A stretch of 64,000 bases of DNA. It comes from Polyangiales bacterium. GTDB taxonomy: Bacteria; Myxococcota_A; Polyangia; Polyangiales; Polyangiaceae. The DNA lies in NCBI GenBank assembly GCA_038230375.1, contig JBBRNJ010000039.1:14119-78118 (forward strand), written 5' to 3'. The position numbers and the translations under genes are program-made. The notes beneath the pieces are model-generated. The model did no database searches and was not told the origin of the DNA. It saw nothing but the letters and a program-made list of their open reading frames with translations. The first letter of the stretch is position 1. The number at the start of each line of letters is the position of its first letter. Below, piece after piece: positions 56,333 to 64,000 of this stretch.

Positions 56333-57727
56333 TCAGCCGCCCGTTTCGTCCTTGGGCTTCGGGCTGGGCGCAGGGTTGGAGCTCGGAAAGCTCACGTCGA
56401 TCACGCTGCTCGGCTGGAGGACCGCGTCGAAGATCGCGTCGAACGAGTCGACTGCCGCAGGCGTGCGGTTGGGTAGGTCGACGGGCAGCGGCATGTGCCC
56501 CGACGACGACGGGCTGGGGCTGCTCTCCGGCCCTGCGGGCTTCGAGACGCGGACCAGCGTGGGGATCTCGGAGGACGTCGGCCCCACGCTTGCGGTGCTT
56601 CCGGTGATGGACCCCTCGGTCACGACGATGGACTCGCCACTGAAGCTGGAGTCCTCGGCGACGATCTGTAGCTTCGGTCGCTGGGTGGCCTGAGTGGCCT
56701 GCGGCTGGGCGGGCGCGTACTGCGCCTGCTGCTGATGTCCCTGCGGAACGGGCTCGCGCTCGGGGACGAAGGTGGGGGAAGCGGCGGCGTTGGCGTGCGC
56801 GGGTGGGGGCCCGCTTCCGGTGCGCTGCTTTGCCTCCGCGACGAGCGCGGCGTAGGCGACGCGGATCGCGGTGCGCATCTCGGCCGCGTCTGCCCAGCGA
56901 TTCGATTTCTGGAACGCCAGCGCAGTGTCCACCACGTCGGCCACGTAGCTCGGCACGCCGGGCAGGTACTTCGCGAGCGGCGGGGCCGGGTCCTTCATTG
57001 CGTGCATGAGGCGCTCGATCGCCGTCTCTCCCCTGACGAAGAGCTTGCCGGTCATCGCCTGGAACATGACGGCGCCCACCGCAAAGATGTCCGTGCGCGC
57101 GTCGATCTCGTCGCTCTTTCCCTGCGCCTGCTCCGGCGGCATGTACGCCACAGTGCCGAGCACGATGCCCGCGCCGGTGGGTGCATGGTTCGACACGCGC
57201 GGATCACGGAGCCGCGCGAGACCGAAATCGAGGACCTTCACGATGCCTTCGCGCGTGATGAACAAGTTCGCGGGCTTGATGTCGCGATGAATGACCTTGG
57301 CCTGGTGGAACGCATGCAGGACGTCGAGCACCTGATCGGCCACGCCGAGCACCTCGTGCGCGGGCACACGACCGCCGGGGGCGCGCGCCATCCACTTCTC
57401 GAGCGACTCGCCATCCAGGAGCTCCATCACGATGAACGCCGCGCCGTCGGGCGTGGTGTCGTCGTCCAGGACCTGCACGGCGCCGCGATGCTCCACGACA
57501 TTCGCCACGTAGCCTTCGCGCAGGAAGCGCTCGCGCACGTCCATGTTCGTGGCGATGTGGGGATGGAGCATCTTGAGCGCCACCTTCTTCCCGTTTCGGT
57601 GCGTCGCTGCGAAGACGGCAGCCATGCCGCCTAGATCGATCACGCGGTCGATGCGAAACTTGTTGTTGATGGTCTGCCCGACTCGCTTCTCCGCGACCGC
57701 TCGGGCGTCCTGCTTCGAAGCCGCCAT
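56333..57727 (-). CDS. Cytoplasmic Ser/Thr protein kinase
   Basis: GGMAAVF, VALK, HRDIKPAN, DFGLAR, YMPPEQ; no TM helix if the start is MAASKQ (57727). Confidence 0.93.
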   Translation of the reverse strand: MAASKQDARAVAEKRVGQTINNKFRIDRVIDLGGMAAVFAATHRNGKKVALKMLHPHIATNMDVRERFLREGYVANVVEHRGAVQVLDDDTTPDGAAFIVMELLDGESLEKWMARAPGGRVPAHEVLGVADQVLDVLHAFHQAKVIHRDIKPANLFITREGIVKVLDFGLARLRDPRVSNHAPTGAGIVLGTVAYMPPEQAQGKSDEIDARTDIFAVGAVMFQAMTGKLFVRGETAIERLMHAMKDPAPPLAKYLPGVPSYVADVVDTALAFQKSNRWADAAEMRTAIRVAYAALVAEAKQRTGSGPPPAHANAAASPTFVPEREPVPQGHQQQAQYAPAQPQATQATQRPKLQIVAEDSSFSGESIVVTEGSITGSTASVGPTSSEIPTLVRVSKPAGPESSPSPSSSGHMPLPVDLPNRTPAAVDSFDAIFDAVLQPSSVIDVSFPSSNPAPSPKPKDETGG

Positions 57728-57809
57728 GAATACGTAAGGATCGAACGAGACCAAGCCCCACGTCAAGGCCGGCGCTGCGTGATAACCTGCAAGGGCGAGG
57801 GCACACACC

Positions 57810-58385
57810 ATGGCCATCCGGAAGATCGCCACCATCGGACACCCGGTTCTTCGTCAAGTTGCCCGTGATTTGTCGCGCGAAGAGCTCCTCAGCGACCGAT
57901 GGCAGGGCTTCATCGACGATCTCGTGGAGACGATGGTGGACGCGAACGGAGCCGGAATCGCCGCGAATCAGGTGTACGAGCCGGTAATGATCACGGCGAT
58001 CTGCGTGAAAGACAACCCGCGCTACCCGTACAAACCGAACATCCCGCTCACGATCCTGGTGAACCCCAAGGTGGAGCTACTCTCCGAGGAGACCTTCCAG
58101 AACTACGAAGGCTGCCTCAGCGTCCCGAACCTCCGCGGCGAGGTACCGCGCTCGGTTCATGTGCGCATTCGGGCCTGGGACCGTCAGGGCAAGGACCTCG
58201 ATTTCGAGGTGAAGGGACTCTCTGCGGGCACCTTCCAGCACGAGGTCGACCACCTCTACGGGAAGCTCTTCGTCGATCGCGTGACCGACACACGCACGCT
58301 CACCACCTGGGCAGACTTCGAGCGCTACCACATGGCCGACTTCGTCGCGCGTGCGAAGGCGCTGGTCGCGAGGTACGGTCAGTAG
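57810..58385 (+). CDS. def: Peptide deformylase
   Basis: GAGIAANQ, EGCLSV, QHEVDHLYG. Confidence 0.96.
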   Translation: MAIRKIATIGHPVLRQVARDLSREELLSDRWQGFIDDLVETMVDANGAGIAANQVYEPVMITAICVKDNPRYPYKPNIPLTILVNPKVELLSEETFQNYEGCLSVPNLRGEVPRSVHVRIRAWDRQGKDLDFEVKGLSAGTFQHEVDHLYGKLFVDRVTDTRTLTTWADFERYHMADFVARAKALVARYGQ

Positions 58386-58389
58386 GCGG

Positions 58390-59157
58390 ATGCAGCACCC
58401 TGTCTTGCACCTCTCGTCTCGATCGACGTTCGTGCTGGCGCTCGCGGCCATGGTCGCCGTCGCGTGCGACAGCCGATACACGAGCGATCCCGCCCTGGAC
58501 GACGCGGGTGTCGTCACCGACGCCGCGGGCGGCTCTGCAGACGCCGGTGCAGAGAGCGACGGCACCGTTGCGGCGGATGCGGGAGGCGGCGACGACGGCG
58601 CAGTCGCGGACGCGACAAAGCCCGCCGCCGATGGGGGAGCCTGCGGTCAGGCGTGCCACGTCATGTTCGTGACCAGCGCGACGTTCTCGAGCAATCTCGG
58701 CGGGCAGGCGGGAGCAGATCAGAAGTGCCAAGCGGCAGCCGCCAGCAGCAAGATTCAGGCGATCGCCGCGCGTTCGAACCGCTTCGTCGCCTGGATCTCG
58801 ACGGGGGCCTTCGACTCGCTCGGAATGGGCGCGCGACTGCCGGCGGTCCCGGCCACGTTCGCGCGCGTCGACGGACAGCTCATCGCGGGCTCCGTTGCGG
58901 AGCTCCGATCGGGCAACATCCGGATCAACATCGTCGAGGACGAGAACGGGTCGGCCATCGCCACCGGAAACCTGGCGGGCGCGACGTGGACCGGAACACG
59001 CTCGAACAGTCGGACCAGCCAGAACACCTGCGCCGATTGGACATCGATCAGCGGCAACGGCGACATCGGGCAGTCGAGCGAGGTCAGCACGAACTGGACC
59101 GAGGCTGGCGCCGTCCCGTGCAACCAGACCAAGCATCTCTACTGTCTGGAGCAGTAG
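58390..59157 (+). CDS. Lipoprotein with a DUF1554/endostatin-like domain
   Basis: Lipobox AVAC; MFVTS...NLGG.AGADQKC, WTGT, CADWTS, LYCLEQ. Confidence 0.75.
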   Translation: MQHPVLHLSSRSTFVLALAAMVAVACDSRYTSDPALDDAGVVTDAAGGSADAGAESDGTVAADAGGGDDGAVADATKPAADGGACGQACHVMFVTSATFSSNLGGQAGADQKCQAAAASSKIQAIAARSNRFVAWISTGAFDSLGMGARLPAVPATFARVDGQLIAGSVAELRSGNIRINIVEDENGSAIATGNLAGATWTGTRSNSRTSQNTCADWTSISGNGDIGQSSEVSTNWTEAGAVPCNQTKHLYCLEQ

Positions 59158-59194
59158 CCTCGCGTGCCCATATCCCCGCGCATAGAAGCGTCCG

Positions 59195-60409
59195 TCAGTC
59201 GTCGCCGAACGCAATGCCGTCGGGGTAGACGCCCACGCTCCAGCGCTTCTTCGTCTCCAGCGTGAGCGGGTCGATCTCGAGCACGCTGCCCTTCTGCGTG
59301 TGGTCGCCCTCGCAGACGAGGTAGGTACGACCGTCCTTGGCGATGCGCACGACGTGTGGCAGCGCACATTCTGCCTTGTCGAACGAGCGCCGCTTCTCCT
59401 TCTCCGGGTGCGCCGGGTCCATGCCGATTCGCAGCAACGCGTCGGGTCCCTGCACAGGCAGCAGGATCGTCGTCGCGTCGACCCATGCCGCCATCATCGC
59501 GCGCGCGCCGACCTGCTGCGTCGCCTCCTGAAGGAACTCGCGCTTCTTCGGATCGAAGATGCGGATGTCCTGTCCCTCGAGGTCCGACACGACGGCACGG
59601 CTCTCGTCGGGCGAAAGCGTGATCGAATACGGCCCGTACGTGGGCACGCCCGGAACGCCCTGCTTGATGCCGAGGGGGATGCGGGACACCGTGAATGCGT
59701 TGTCGCGCAGGTCCACCACGGCGACCTCGTCGGAGCCGTAGCAGGCGACGAGCGCCGTCGTGTCGTCCCGGGTGATCGCGATCGCATGCGGCGCCACACA
59801 GATGGGCCGCGCGCCAAGGAGGGTGAGGTCGTTCGCGCGGAACACCATCAGCGTCGCGAACATGGTGGCCGGGCTCGCGCCCTTCTGCGCCGCCACATCC
59901 ATCGCGCGCTTCATGTCGTAGTGGGTGACCAGCACACGCGTGTGGTCGTGCGTGAGGACCACCTCGCCCGGGTTCTCGTCCAGGTCGGCGGTGCGCTCCA
60001 TGGAGAGTCGCGAGAGCTCGAACGACGCGAGCCGCCCCTTGCGCGCGCTCTGACCATGGGTGCCGTGCTTGTCCTTCGAGGCGGCCGCGCCAGGTGGTGG
60101 AGGAGGGAACGCGAGCGCGACGAACGCGCGCTTCTGCGCGGCATCGAGCGCGATGTGGTGCGGGGCCTCGTGCGCGTCCGCCTCGATGTCGACGGACGCT
60201 GTCTCCACAGGCGCGCCGGTCGGGCTATCGCGATCGATGATGCTGATCGTGTCCGAGCCATTGTCCGTGACGTATGCCGAGCGGACCTGCGGCGTCTTGA
60301 GCGCTGTCCCTTCGGTCCTGGTCTTCGGCTTGTCGGGGCAGCCAGTGACGGCGAGCCCCAGCGCGAGCACCCCCGCGAGGCGCGAGACGATGTACAACGG
60401 CGTCTGCAT
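59195..60409 (-). CDS. YncE/YVTN-like beta-propeller lipoprotein
   Basis: Lipobox VTGC; AYVTDNGSDTISIID, PH repeats, VGVYPDGI. Confidence 0.8.
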   Translation of the reverse strand: MQTPLYIVSRLAGVLALGLAVTGCPDKPKTRTEGTALKTPQVRSAYVTDNGSDTISIIDRDSPTGAPVETASVDIEADAHEAPHHIALDAAQKRAFVALAFPPPPPGAAASKDKHGTHGQSARKGRLASFELSRLSMERTADLDENPGEVVLTHDHTRVLVTHYDMKRAMDVAAQKGASPATMFATLMVFRANDLTLLGARPICVAPHAIAITRDDTTALVACYGSDEVAVVDLRDNAFTVSRIPLGIKQGVPGVPTYGPYSITLSPDESRAVVSDLEGQDIRIFDPKKREFLQEATQQVGARAMMAAWVDATTILLPVQGPDALLRIGMDPAHPEKEKRRSFDKAECALPHVVRIAKDGRTYLVCEGDHTQKGSVLEIDPLTLETKKRWSVGVYPDGIAFGDD

Positions 60410-61736
60410 GAACGGTCGAAGGCTGCTCACGGTCGCGTCGATCCTCGCGTCGTTACTGTACACGACGCGCGAAGCACACGGAAATGGGCGGTTTCCGCGC
60501 GCTCAGATGATCGTGGCCTCTCCCGTCTCTCGCGCTAGCCCGGCTTCCGGCAAGACGCTCTGGATGCGCACCACGTTCGGTATCCTCGTCTCGAAGGACG
60601 GCGGCAGGTCGTTCCGCTGGATCTGCGAGAAGGCGCTCGGAGTGACCGGGCAATTCGATCCTCCGCTCACCGTGCTCGCCGACGGTCGGCTCATCGTCGG
60701 CGTCGACGGCGGAATCCTGTCTTCCATCGATGGCTGCTCGTTCGCGATGGAGCCAGGGCTGGAAGGAGAGTCGGTGCGCGACCTCACGACCGACGGCGCC
60801 GGCACCACGGCGTACGCCATCACGGGCGCCCGCGGGAAACCCGGGCGTGTGTGGCGGCGGGACCGCGGCACGTGGACGAAGCTCGGCAAGGACTACGACG
60901 ACATCAACTTCCTCACGATCGACGTGGCGCCCTCGAATCCGAAGCGCATCTACCTCACCGGCGAGCCGTGGTCGACCGTGCGCGGGGAGGTGTGGATCTC
61001 CAGCGATGGCGGTGCGACCTTCACGGAGCAGAAGAACGAGCTCGAGGCCCGGGGCCCCTTCTTCCTCTCCTACGTGGACCCGAAGAACCAGGACCGCATC
61101 CTCCTACGGCACCTGCATTTCGCGGGCAGCGACCTCATCGCCTCGACCGACGGCGGCAAGACGCTACGGCTCGCGCTGCACTGGACCACGTCGATGCTCG
61201 GGTTCGCAAAGAGCGACGACGGCCAGGTGGTGTGGCTGGGGTCGGCCAGCCCCGCGGACGGCATCTGGCGCTCGCGCGACCGCGGGGAGCACTTCGAGAA
61301 GGTGAACGGGGAGGGCGTGTACTGCCTCTATGCGCTGGGCAAGACGCTCTATGCCTGCGCGAATCCGAACGCGCTCGGGGGCTACGCGCTCGGGATCTCG
61401 CAGGACGAAGGCGTGACGCTCGACAAGGTCTCCGGCTTCGCCGACGTGGAAGGCGCGATGCTCTGCGACGCTGGCCCCTCTTTGTGCGAGCCAGGTTGGC
61501 CGGAGATGCGCGCGTCCATCTTGCCCACGCCCGACGCTGGCCTCGCCACCCTGGATGCTGGCGAGCCCACCCAGCCCCTGGAAGCGGGGACGAAGCCTGC
61601 ACCTGCCGTACGCAACACCTGTGGGTGCAACGTCGTCGGTGCGAGCCCGAGACCCCCCTGGTCCATCCTTTGCCTTGCGGGGTTGATCCCCCTTGGGGTG
61701 TGGGCCCGCGCCCGCAGGCGAGTGGATCGCACCTGA
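60408..61736 (+). CDS. BNR/Asp-box repeat exported protein with a MYXO-CTERM-like tail
   Basis: Signal peptide ending AHG; SKDGG, SSDGG, STDGG and SRDRG Asp-boxes; C-terminal CGC + hydrophobic segment + RARRR. Confidence 0.8.
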   Translation: MNGRRLLTVASILASLLYTTREAHGNGRFPRAQMIVASPVSRASPASGKTLWMRTTFGILVSKDGGRSFRWICEKALGVTGQFDPPLTVLADGRLIVGVDGGILSSIDGCSFAMEPGLEGESVRDLTTDGAGTTAYAITGARGKPGRVWRRDRGTWTKLGKDYDDINFLTIDVAPSNPKRIYLTGEPWSTVRGEVWISSDGGATFTEQKNELEARGPFFLSYVDPKNQDRILLRHLHFAGSDLIASTDGGKTLRLALHWTTSMLGFAKSDDGQVVWLGSASPADGIWRSRDRGEHFEKVNGEGVYCLYALGKTLYACANPNALGGYALGISQDEGVTLDKVSGFADVEGAMLCDAGPSLCEPGWPEMRASILPTPDAGLATLDAGEPTQPLEAGTKPAPAVRNTCGCNVVGASPRPPWSILCLAGLIPLGVWARARRRVDRT

Positions 61737-61900
61737 TCCGATGCGGGTCCATTCACGCCCACCGGGGAGCAACACCTACATGACTGAACGGGGGTGGAGC
61801 AAAATGCCCTCTGGTGTCTCACACGGGAAACACGCGGTATTGAAGGGCTGGTATTTCAATGTTCCAACCACACGGGACAACTCCCCCAAAGGATTCGTGT

Positions 61901-61916
61901 TGGCTTCCCGCTTGCA
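61901..61916 (+). promoter_or_regulatory. Putative sigma-54 promoter with candidate upstream activator sites
   Basis: TGGCTTC-CCGC-TTGCA; upstream TGTCTC-N6-GAAACA (61815-61832) and ATTGAA-N10-TTCAAT (61839-61860). Confidence 0.65.
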
Positions 61917-61928
61917 GACACTGCCAGC

Positions 61929-62840
61929 ATGCGCACGACGAACATCCTCGCCCTCGTTGTTTCGACCAGTGTCCTCGCCCTCGCCGCCTGCGGTGATGCG
62001 AGCGGAACCAGCGCCTCGAACTATCACAAGGCTGCCTACGACGACACGACCGGCTCGGATCCCACCGCGGGTCCCGCAGACCAGGCGCCGCCCTCGACCG
62101 ACCCCGGAGCTCCCCCTCCGGCACCGACTGGCGGCGGCACGCCGGCGCAAGACGGCTCGTTCAAGGCCACCGTCGACGTCGCGGCCACCAACGCCGACCT
62201 CGGCACGGCATCGAAGGACACCATCAACGTCACCATCACCCCGGCGATGGGCTTCAAGGGCGACGTTGTCCTCTCCGTCACCGGCACTGCTGCTGGCGTG
62301 ACCGCGAAGTTCGACAAGACCACGGTGAGCGTCACCGGCACCGCCGCGGTCACTGCGAAGCTCAATCTGTCGGCCGACTACGTGACGCAGGCAGACACGC
62401 TCGCGCTCGTCGTCACCGCAACGTCCGGCAAGCTCACGTCCACGGCGCCGGTGAACTTCAAGGTCAACTCGCAGCTCACGTTCAACATCCCGCTCAACAT
62501 TGCGGCGATGGAAGCGGCGGGCGGTGGCATCACGGAAGCTTACGGAAAGACGTTCGGCGCCGCGCCGATCGCGATCCCCGCCCCCAAGGATGGTTCACCG
62601 ATCTCGGTCAAGGTCGTCAACCTCGACAACGTCCCGCGTGAGATCCACGGCAGCGGTGGCGGGCAGGCCGTTGGCGGCATCACCTCCACGGCGAGCTTCC
62701 CCCACGGCGTTGGCCTCGTTCAACCGAACGCAACGGACACCGTCACGCGCAACATCACGGCGGGCAACACGTACAACGGCTACATGCACGACATCGGCGC
62801 CGGCAAGGGCACCGGCTTCGCGATCATGGTCGGGAAGTGA
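61929..62840 (+). CDS. Lipoprotein: Ig-like domain plus possible cupredoxin-like C-terminal domain
   Basis: Lipobox LAAC; Thr/Val-rich beta region; VVNLDNVPREIH...FPHG...YNGYMHD. Confidence 0.65.
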   Translation: MRTTNILALVVSTSVLALAACGDASGTSASNYHKAAYDDTTGSDPTAGPADQAPPSTDPGAPPPAPTGGGTPAQDGSFKATVDVAATNADLGTASKDTINVTITPAMGFKGDVVLSVTGTAAGVTAKFDKTTVSVTGTAAVTAKLNLSADYVTQADTLALVVTATSGKLTSTAPVNFKVNSQLTFNIPLNIAAMEAAGGGITEAYGKTFGAAPIAIPAPKDGSPISVKVVNLDNVPREIHGSGGGQAVGGITSTASFPHGVGLVQPNATDTVTRNITAGNTYNGYMHDIGAGKGTGFAIMVGK

Positions 62841-62861
62841 TCGGCTGACCCGTCAGACCCA

Positions 62862-63341
62862 TCAGACGTAGCGCACAGCGAGAATAGAGAACTCCATCTC
62901 TCCGGCCGGCCTCTTCACCACGGTGACGTCGCCGGCCGTTTTCTTCATGAGCGCCTGAGCAAGGGGAGACTTGATGCTGATGCGTCCGGCCTTCAGGTCG
63001 ATCTCGTCCTCGCCCACGATCTGATAGGTGGCCTTCTTGCCGTCCTCGTCCTCCACGTCGACCGTGGCGCCGAAGAAGATGCGCGACTGCTCCGTCTTCG
63101 GTCGGTCGGTGGGGTCGACGACGATGATCACGTCGAGCCGCTTCACCAGGAAGTGGATGCGGCGGTCGATCTCGCGGAGCTTCTTCTTGCCGTAGATGTA
63201 CTCGGCGTTCTCGCTGCGATCGCCCTGCGCGGCGGCGTCGGCGACCTCCTGACAGATCTTTGGTCGCTTCTTCGTGCGCAGGTCGATGAGCTCGTCGGAG
63301 AGGCGCATGGCCCCCTCGCGCGTGATGTACACCGGTCCCAT
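62862..63341 (-). CDS. greB: Transcription elongation factor GreB
   Basis: YITREG, AAAQGDRSENAEYIYGKKKLREIDRRIHFL, FFGATV, SPLAQAL. Confidence 0.93.
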   Translation of the reverse strand: MGPVYITREGAMRLSDELIDLRTKKRPKICQEVADAAAQGDRSENAEYIYGKKKLREIDRRIHFLVKRLDVIIVVDPTDRPKTEQSRIFFGATVDVEDEDGKKATYQIVGEDEIDLKAGRISIKSPLAQALMKKTAGDVTVVKRPAGEMEFSILAVRYV

Positions 63342-64000
63342 CAGGCCTTGTTCTTACGGCTTGCGAGCTCGAGGTAGTAGCTCACGAGATCGCGCTCACG
63401 ATGACCCATCGAGATGAGGCGCATGACGCGACCGAACGGCCACACGCGTGTCGACGGCGGCACCACCATCGCCCAGTGACCGATCTCCTTCGAGTCCATG
63501 TCCATCCACTCGGCGTCCAGCACGCGCGCAAGGATCTCGCTCAGGAAGGCGCCGTGCTCGTACAGGATGCGTGCATCTTCCACGCTGTTGATGGTGTGGT
63601 TGGGGAACGCGTCGAAGAGGTAGCTCTGCATCGCCTCGATGCCGCTGACGTCCGCGCGAAGCTCCACGCCGCGCTGACGGTAGCGCTCGCCGAGCGCACG
63701 CGAGAGCATCGTGAAGCGAATGCGCGCCTCGAAGACGGACTTGGGCAGCGGCTCCAGCGTCGCGGTGCCTGTGGGGGACACGCCCGGCGGCATGGACAGC
63801 TCCCACGCGTTCTCGGAGCCCTTGTCGAACTTGGGCAGGAGCGGCGCCTTGGGGAACACCGGCGGCGGACTGTCGATCGTATACGGCGGCTTCGAGGCAC
63901 CCTTCATCAGGCTGAACTCGAGCGTCGGGCGTTGTCCGCGCGGCGGCGCATCCGACGGGCGCGCGTTCTCGGGGCTGTGACCTGGCGGCGGTGGCTGCGT
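63341..64000 (-). CDS. Hypothetical protein, C-terminal part (5' partial)
   Basis: Frame is open to the window end; TGATG overlap with the greB start. Confidence 0.75.
   Translation of the reverse strand, partial: TQPPPPGHSPENARPSDAPPRGQRPTLEFSLMKGASKPPYTIDSPPPVFPKAPLLPKFDKGSENAWELSMPPGVSPTGTATLEPLPKSVFEARIRFTMLSRALGERYRQRGVELRADVSGIEAMQSYLFDAFPNHTINSVEDARILYEHGAFLSEILARVLDAEWMDMDSKEIGHWAMVVPPSTRVWPFGRVMRLISMGHRERDLVSYYLELASRKNKA

Noticed and set aside
57728..57835. N-terminal hydrophobic extension of the minus-strand kinase
   Set aside because: It overlaps the def start and its upstream region; Met 57727 is the more plausible start

Overview
A 64 kb, very GC-rich, gene-dense chromosomal window that looks myxobacterial, probably Polyangiaceae/Sorangiineae-like. 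That assignment is inferred from a MYXO-CTERM-type tail, three Hanks-type Ser/Thr kinases, many Cys-rich lipoproteins and an spdEFG1-type EF-G. Housekeeping genes are addA/addB, uvrC, fusA, def, greB, psd, ddl, dCMP deaminase, maiA and tRNA-Arg(CCT). Other recognisable genes include an M3 peptidase, a P450, a DAGK-family kinase, a class III cyclase, an L,D-transpeptidase, two Omp85-family barrels and an OmpR-family regulator. I found no CRISPR array, integrase, transposase or prophage. The most notable observations are: (1) an uncharacterised three-gene envelope operon (propeller/cytochrome c lipoprotein, CxxCH PSD-type lipoprotein, Tat DUF1501-like protein); (2) a 36-bp tandem array in the 5' end of a frameshifted TPR gene; (3) two divergent genes whose start codons overlap in a single CATG; (4) psd coupled to a methyltransferase with a long repetitive N-terminus; (5) strand-biased synonymous-substitution tracts next to simple repeats; (6) recurrent leaderless-type promoters and several sigma-54 promoters. 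All calls come from reading motifs by eye; no database searches were run.
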